NCBI RefSeq assembly: GCF_001194135.2
Contig: NC_068982.1
Span: 161,497,363-161,538,622, forward strand
From: Octopus bimaculoides
Lineage: Eukaryota
Direction: 5' to 3'
DNA: 41,260 bases
Below are positions 33,908-41,260 of this stretch, piece after piece. Below the pieces are notes generated by a model. That model did not search any database. It was not told where the DNA came from and saw nothing but the letters and a program-made list of their open reading frames with translations. The position numbers were made by a program, and so were the translations under genes. How positions within the stretch are numbered: the stretch's first letter is position 1; each line of letters opens with the position of its first letter.

Positions 33908-33934
33908 GTGAGAAAAAGAAGGAATTTCTCCAGT

Positions 33935-34062
33935 ACTTGAATGGTTCTTTACCCATCCCCGGAACTCGAAAAGCAAAGTTAACCACGGCGTGACTTGAAC
34001 TTGCAACGCAAAGTACTGTAAAAATACTTCAAGGCATTTTGTACAACACTAATTCTGCCATT
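33935..34062 (-). mobile_element. Family B SINE head fragment
   Basis: Reverse complement tggcagaattagtgttgtacaaaatgccttgaagtattt..gcgttgcaagttcaagtcacgccgtggttaactttgc resembles 4720-4815. Confidence 0.55.
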
Positions 34063-34472
34063 CGGTACCTGTGTGTGTACATAAACACACACACACACAC
34101 ACACANNNNNNNNNNNNNNNNNNNNNNNNNNNNNNNNNNNNNNNNNNNNNNNNNNNNNNNNNNNNNNNNNNNNNNNNNNNNNNNNNNNNNNNNNNNNNNN
34201 NNNNNNNNNNNNNNNNNNNNNNNNNNNNNNNNNNNNNNNNNNNNNNNNNNNNNNNNNNNNNNNNNNNNNNNNNNNNNNNNNNNNNNNNNNNNNNNNNNNN
34301 NNNNNNNNNNNNNNNNNNNNNNNNNNNNNNNNNNNNNNNNNNNNNNNNNNNNNNNNNNNNNNNNNNNNNNNNNNNNNNNNNNNNNNNNNNNNNNNNNNNN
34401 NNNNNNNNNNNNNNNNNNNNNNNNNNNNNNNNNNNNNNNNNNNNNNNNNNNNNNNNNNNNNNNNNNNNNNNN

Positions 34473-34534
<62 letters not shown>

Positions 34535-35228
34535 CTCAGGTACTTCGGTTGATTGTATCGACTAACTCCCTCCACTCAAAATTTCAGGTCTTGTTCCTAA
34601 ATTTAGAAACCATTATTAATTGAAAACAAGTTGTAGGGATATGCGATGTATCAGAAGAGTTATTTTATCAAAGGTTAATATGTAGGATATGCACTTTTTG
34701 AATTGTGTAATATACATAATTGGGTTACTTTTATGATACGTAAAGTTGTTTAGTGCAAGTCATCGTTGATCGAACAGACCTAACATCAAAAGAATTCCGG
34801 CCATTGAGGCCTTCCTTTTTCTTTTGTGAGCGTGTGTTTCGTATCAGGAATTATATTGGCTAATGCTGGGATTATCAAACTTTTCCTTCCAACATATCCT
34901 TCATGTTCGGCTGTTTTGGCGTACCCCTTGTGAAGAATATAGTTTAAAATAGAAGACATAGTCATTAATTATTTGAAGTAAAGACTTCCAAACAACATAT
35001 TTGATTATATAAAAACCATATATATATATTAATTGCGAGGATGCTGTTTCGAAAAGTAGTAGGTTGTGATAACTTGAAAATTCCAATCTTTTTATAAATC
35101 ACATGTATCTTGTAATTTCTCTTCCGTACCCTAAGGGTATGCGTTCTCTTGCTTAATACAACATTCATTATTCTTTATTACTGGCACAAGGTCTGAATTT
35201 TTTTGGTGATGTTTTGATTGAAAAGGAA

Positions 35229-36228
35229 CACTGGTGGACATTGGAATTAGACACTGAGGGGAAATGGCTGTAACTTTTTTAATTTTGGCGATTTTCGTTT
35301 TCGATAATGTGTTCTATATGTCACGGTCATGCGATTCCCCCTAAAAAAAATTTTGNNNNNNNNNNNNNNNNNNNNNNNNNNNNNNNNNNNNNNNNNNNNN
35401 NNNNNNNNNNNNNNNNNNNNNNNNNNNNNNNNNNNNNNNNNNNNNNNNNNNNNNNNNNNNNNNNNNNNNNNNNNNNNNNNNNNNNNNNNNNNNNNNNNNN
35501 NNNNNNNNNNNNNNNNNNNNNNNNNNNNNNNNNNNNNNNNNNNNNNNNNNNNNNNNNNNNNNNNNNNNNNNNNNNNNNNNNNNNNNNNNNNNNNNNNNNN
35601 NNNNNNNNNNNNNNNNNNNNNNNNNNNNNNNNNNNNNNNNNNNNNNNNNNNNNNNNNNNNNNNNNNNNNNNNNNNNNNNNNNNNNNNNNNNNNNNNNNNN
35701 NNNNNNNNNNNNNNNNNNNNNNNNNNNNNNNNNNNNNNNNNNNNNNNNNNNNNNNNNNNNNNNNNNNNNNNNNNNNNNNNNNNNNNNNNNNNNNNNNNNN
35801 NNNNNNNNNNNNNNNNNNNNNNNNNNNNNNNNNNNNNNNNNNNNNNNNNNNNNNNNNNNNNNNNNNNNNNNNNNNNNNNNNNNNNNNNNNNNNNNNNNNN
35901 NNNNNNNNNNNNNNNNNNNNNNNNNNNNNNNNNNNNNNNNNNNNNNNNNNNNNNNNNNNNNNNNNNNNNNNNNNNNNNNNNNNNNNNNNNNNNNNNNNNN
36001 NNNNNNNNNNNNNNNNNNNNNNNNNNNNNNNNNNNNNNNNNNNNNNNNNNNNNNNNNNNNNNNNNNNNNNNNNNNCCCAAATTTATTTTTAGGGGGAATC
36101 GCATGACCGTGACATATAGAACACATTATCGAAAACGAAAATCGTCAAAATTAAAAAATAAAAAAGTTACAGCCATTTTCCCTCAGTGTCTAATTTCAAT
36201 GTCCACCGGATCACTATATCTACCAGTG
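35229..36228. mobile_element. Inverted-repeat DNA element with CAC..GTG termini (interior is gap 35356-36075)
   Basis: 35231-35355 is the reverse complement of 36076-36209 at high identity; the left arm lacks 17 nt present in the right arm; no TSD found. Confidence 0.65.
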
Positions 36229-36984
36229 TGCTTACGTCTTTTTATTTTGATAATGATATCAGCTTGATTTGCTTTAATCTCATCTTCCCAGATTATTGCA
36301 GTCAAGTCATTGTCACTAGGTTCAACAAGTGCTTAGAATATTTATTTTTAGTTTTCTTGTTGAAGTGTCACCTTTATTGCTCAATAGATATATCTACCAA
36401 GCAGGCTATCTCTGGATATATTCTGATTTTGCAAAATCTAGGCAACTGTGATGTAGCAGTTTGTTTCTTTATGTTTATTCCATTTTCTACAATTGACATT
36501 GCCTCTTGTTTTATTATCTTATTTTTAAAAGACTTTATTTAGTTCAGAACTTTTGAACTTGTTACGAGGTTTTGGAGGTTTCTATATTATGTCACTTTTC
36601 TCTGTTCAGTCTTGCAAGAATTTGGCCAAGGTGAGGTTTCCCCTAATTTTTTTCTTCCTTCAGTATTTATTGAGAAGTGTTTTTGTTTCATTTTGTCTTG
36701 TTGTTTCTTTAAAAATACCCAATGTTTCTGTTGATTTGTACCATTCTAAAACTTCCCCCAGCATAGTTAGCTTCTAGCTAGTACATTATTGTTTGTTATA
36801 TGAAGAAGCTTTTTTCTTTTTTATCAATCATCATGTTTCCTTCTACAGTACTTCTCTAGATCTATGGTCTCTCACACACACACACACACACACACATTTT
36901 GTCCTCATGATAGCCTGTCTATTATTCTGTATACACGATGCACACACAGAAACACATAACATATCAATAAATCTTCTCTTAATC

Positions 36985-37336
36985 ATTCTACCCAGGAAGA
37001 CATGGCATGAGGTGGAAAAGCATGATCTTCAAACTTTGGGCCTCACAGAGGCAATGACTAGGACTGAGACCTTTAGTGATCTGCTATGCTTGAGAAGACC
37101 TGTTAAGCCAAGTGAAATTGTAATTGTGGCTGATGCTGGTATCATGTAACTGGCACCCATGCCGATAGCATGTAAAAGCACCCATTACACTCTTGGAGTG
37201 GTTGGCATTAGAAAAGTTATCCAACTGTGGAAACCATACCAAATCAGACTGGAGTCTGGTACAGCCTTCCAGCTTACCAGCCCTGGTCAAACCGCCAACC
37301 CATGCCAGCATAGACAACAGATGCTAAATAGTCATG

Positions 37337-37368
<32 letters not shown>
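36985..37368 (+). mobile_element. RTE LINE 3' end (ORF tail + 3' UTR + (GAT)n)
   Basis: PRKTWHEVEKHDLQTLGLTEAMT followed by the shared UTR and a gatgatgat tail. Confidence 0.85.
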
Positions 37369-37453
37369 ATACAGAGAGATAGTGGAAGTTGCTTTTTGTG
37401 ATCACTTTTGGATGGAATCACTTTGATAACAATAACTAATTGATAACATTTAG

Positions 37454-38462
37454 CATCATCATCATCATCATCATCGTTTAACGTCCGCTTTCCATGCTAG
37501 CATGGGTTGGACGATTTGACTGAGGACTTGTAAAACCGGATGGCAACACCAGGCTCCAATCTAATTTGGCAGAGTTTCTACAGCTGGATGCCCTTCCTAA
37601 CGCCAACCACTCAGAGAGTGTAGTGGGTGCTTTTACGTGTCACCCGCACGAAAACGGCCACGCTCGAAATGGTGTCTTTTATGTGCCNNNNNNNNNNNNN
37701 NNNNNNNNNNNNNNNNNNNNNNNNNNNNNNNNNNNNNNNNNNNNNNNNNNNNNNNNNNNNNNNNNNNNNNNNNNNNNNNNNNNNNNNNNNNNNNNNNNNN
37801 NNNNNNNNNNNNNNNNNNNNNNNNNNNNNNNNNNNNNNNNNNNNNNNNNNNNNNNNNNNNNNNNNNNNNNNNNNNNNNNNNNNNNNNNNNNNNNNNNNNN
37901 NNNNNNNNNNNNNNNNNNNNNNNNNNNNNNNNNNNNNNNNNNNNNNNNNNNNNNNNNNNNNNNNNNNNNNNNNNNNNNNNNNNNNNNNNNNNNNNNNNNN
38001 NNNNNNNNNNNNNNNNNNNNNNNNNNNNNNNNNNNNNNNNNNNNNNNNNNNNNNNNNNNNNNNNNNNNNNNNNNNNNNNNNNNNNCCCAATGTACGAAGG
38101 TCTTGCCTCACCACCTCAGCCCAGGTCTTCCTGGGCCTACCTCTTCCACGGGTTCCCTCAACTGTTAGGGTGTGGCACTTTTTCACGCAGCTATCCTCAT
38201 CCATTCTCACCACATGTCCATACCAGCGCAATCGTCTCTCTTGCACACCACAACTGATGCTTCTAATGTTCAGCTTTTCTCTCAAGATACTTACACTCTG
38301 ACGGGTATTCACATTGACATTACACATCCAACGGAGCATACTGGCTTCATTCCTTGCGAGCTTACGTATGTCCTCAGCAGTTACAGCCCATATTTCACTG
38401 CCATGTAGCATGGCTGTTCGTACGCATGAATCATACAGTCTGCCTTTTACTCTGAGTGAGAG
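37454..38462 (-). mobile_element. Young RTE LINE 3' fragment spanning gap 37688-38085
   Basis: LHGSEIWAVTAEDIRKLARNEASMLRWMC..ERRLRWYGHVVRMDEDSCVKKC..GRGRPRKTWAEVVRQDL; (CAT)n tail at 37454. Confidence 0.9.
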
Positions 38463-38994
38463 GAACAGTCTATATTATCTTTTAATGTCTGTCTTCCATG
38501 ATGGCATGAGTTGGACAGTTTGATAGAATCCAGTGAGCCAGAGTACTACATTGTGTTCAATGTTTACTGTGGCAGGGTTCTCCAGCTGAATGCTCTTCCT
38601 AACACCATATAGAGTCTAAGCCTACTAGGCGTTTTTTTCATGGCACCAGCACTGGGGAGGTCCCCATGTAGCTTGCAACACTAAGGTCCTTGTTGTCTGA
38701 ATAGGGCTATGGTAGAAGATGAGGGGACAGAAGAACAAGAAGGGTAGTTGGATAGTGTTTGCAAGAGACTATGAAGAGAGTGAGGAGCAGTTAGAGAGAG
38801 AGAGTAGGGGAGGGGGCAAATATACAGAACAATGAACAAAGGTGGATCAATGATAAATATGAGTTGGATGGAAGGTTGGGGAGAGTAGGTGATGACTATA
38901 GATTGGGAAAGTTCAGGGGGTGAATGTAGTAATAATAGAGGGGTGATGAATGATACATATGGTCAGGGTGGTGGGAGAGAAGGTGCTGATGACA

Positions 38995-40090
38995 GTACAG
39001 GAAGGTGGTACTGGCATCAGCCACGCTCCAATGGTGCTTTTTACATGCCACCGGCATAGGTACCAGTCAGACAGCACTGGCATCGGCCACACTCAAATGG
39101 TGTTTTTTACATGTCACAGGCACAGGTGCCAGTCAGGCGGCACTGGCATTGGCCACACTCAAATGATACTTTTTATGTGAGACTGGCACTGGCATCAGCT
39201 ACAGCATCAATTTCATTTGGTTCAACAGGTCTTCACAAGCATGGCATTTTGCCCAACGATTGAGGGTGCTTTTAAACGAGTCAGTTATGCAACACTGGCA
39301 TCGGCCACAACTATGATCTCACTTGGCTTGCTGTGTCTTCTCAAGTATGGCATATCTCCAAAGGTCTCGATTGCTTGTCATTGCCTCTGTGAAGCCCAAC
39401 GTTCAAAGGTCATGCTTCACCACCTCATCCTAGGTCTTCCTGGGTCTACCTCTTCCACAGGTTCCCTGCACTGTTAGGGTAGGGTGTGACACTTCTTCAC
39501 ACAACTGTCCTCATCCATACACATCTCATGACCATACCAGAGCAGTCATCTCTCTCGGCGCACACCACATCTGATGTTTCTTATGTCCAACTTTTCTCTT
39601 AGGACACTTACACTCTGTCATGCATGCACACTGACATTACACTGACGTTCCAGCGAAGCATACTAATTTCATTTCTATCAAGTTTACGCCTGTCCTCAGC
39701 AGTCACAGACCATGTTTCACTACCGTGAAGCATGGCTGTTCACACACAAGCATCATATAGTCTACCTTTCACTCTGAGTGAGAGGCTCTTTGTTACCCAC
39801 AGAGGTAGGAGCTCTCTGAACTTTGCCCAACCTATTCTTATTCTGGCAGCTATGCTCTCAGAGCATCCACCCCCGCTACTGACTTGGTTGCCAAGGTAAT
39901 AGAAGCTATCAACTAATTCTAGTTTTTCTCCCTGGCATGTGATGGGCTGCGTTTTCTGTACATTTTTGGTGTTTATTGCACATGTGCATCTCCCACACAC
40001 AAAAACTATCTTCCCAGTCAATCTTCTTTTAATATTGCTGTATCTCTTATGTGTCCATAGCTTACACCGGGTACAATTTGTGGAGTTTCT
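38995..40090 (-). mobile_element. RTE LINE 3' fragment with partial PHD-like finger and tandem-repeat 3' UTR
   Basis: RNSTNCTRCKLWTHKR..FVCGRC..ELVDSFYYLGNQ..RIRIGWAKF; 66-bp UTR modules at 39010, 39076 and 39142. Confidence 0.9.
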
Positions 40091-40934
40091 ATAAAATATA
40101 TTTTATACATATGTGTGTCCATAGCTTACATATATGTGTCCATAGTTTACACCAGGTACATCTTATGGAGTTTCTATAAAATGTATTTTATACATGTGTG
40201 TGTGTGTGTGTTTGAATGTGCATGTGTGTATGTATGTGTCTACACATGCATACACCAATATTACCAGCCATACTGAACAATTTGACATAAGTACTGGCAG
40301 CACCAACATGAATGATTCCTCCACCACCATCACCCTACACCTTCCACATCTCATAAGTAGTGTGTTTGTTGCTTTGATTTTGATAGTGATTAGCGGTAAT
40401 ATATGAATAGAGTGATATTAATGGTTGTGTAACAGACACAACAGTTTATATGAGAAAATTTTGAGAACAATATCTGGAGCTGTGTTTCTAATAAACAGAA
40501 CATTTTAAAACCATTTTAAATGTATTTCAAACCCATTAGCTTTGATAACAATAAACATTTGGCAACATTATGTGTAATTTTAATAAATCGTTTCCGCCAC
40601 ATTATATGTTTATGAGCGTGTGTAGGATGAAGTACCATTGACTTAACGAATAAATACATAATATTTAAAACTTTTAAAAGGAAAAAATCATAAATAAAAT
40701 TACATAAGTAATTTGTTAGTTATTCAATTCCAATAGCTAGCAATAAAATCAGTTCTGAAATGAAGTCTTTCAGCTGTCCAGAATGTTGTCTCACAGTAAT
40801 TACCTAGAAAACGTAATCTGATTATGTTACCAAGGTAACATAATTATCTTTGGAAGTGGGTATTATATAAAAAATTTATTCTAAGTATTGTGTTGTAGCA
40901 TACACATTAACACTTGCATTATATTTCTATACAC

Positions 40935-40946
40935 AAACACACACAT

Positions 40947-40994
<48 letters not shown>

Positions 40995-41125
40995 GCATGT
41001 TTGTGTGTATATATGTATGTGTATCTATATGTATGTGTATCTATATGTATGTATGTGTGTATTTATGTGTATGTATATGTATGTATGTATTTATGTGTAT
41101 GTATATGTATGTATATTTATACGAA

Positions 41126-41158
<33 letters not shown>

Positions 41159-41159
41159 T

Positions 41160-41216
<57 letters not shown>

Positions 41217-41225
41217 ATATATATA

Positions 41226-41260
<35 letters not shown>
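40935..41260. repeat. Compound (CA)/(TA)/(TATG)n microsatellite
   Basis: Low-complexity run to the window end. Confidence 0.95.

Noticed and set aside
36186-36860. Hydrophobic plus-strand ORFs (36186-36542, 36553-36777)
   Set aside because: F/L/I-rich reading reflects a T-rich strand, probably antisense of an old A-rich repeat; no recognisable domain.
1404-38411. Long ORFs in the track that run through X stretches (e.g. 19673-20494, 28479-29285, 35329-36267, 37611-38411)
   Set aside because: Their length comes from N gaps and microsatellites; the only real coding parts are RTE remnants.
39010-39215. Regularly spaced repeats superficially like a CRISPR array
   Set aside because: Eukaryotic context, no unique spacers, no cas genes; they are LINE 3' UTR modules.

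Overview
AT-rich, repeat-dense animal genomic DNA from a gapped scaffold with about ten N-runs. The SINE/RTE-LINE repeat landscape with (GAT)n tails points to an octopod cephalopod, probably Octopus (inference). The one host gene I can support lies on the minus strand and the ORF track does not capture it. It is four spliced coding exons (33267-33178, 8881-8781, 7831-7705, 3622-3483) with canonical GT-AG sites that join in frame into 152 complete codons plus a split Arg codon. The product is a leucine-rich-repeat protein closely resembling LRMDA/C10orf11 (OCA7); its remaining exons probably lie left of the window (or in an N gap). Intron 1 (about 24.3 kb) and the flanks hold RTE and CR1 LINE fragments, two tRNA-type SINE families, decayed hAT and maT (DD37D) transposases, a Helitron 3' end, a GG..CC inverted-repeat element with an 8-bp TSD, foldback palindromes and micro/minisatellites. 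A CpG-retaining zone (about 30.3-36.3 kb) surrounds exon 1 and contains candidate plus-strand non-coding exon signals, suggesting a bidirectional promoter. All calls come from manual reading and translation; no database searches were run.
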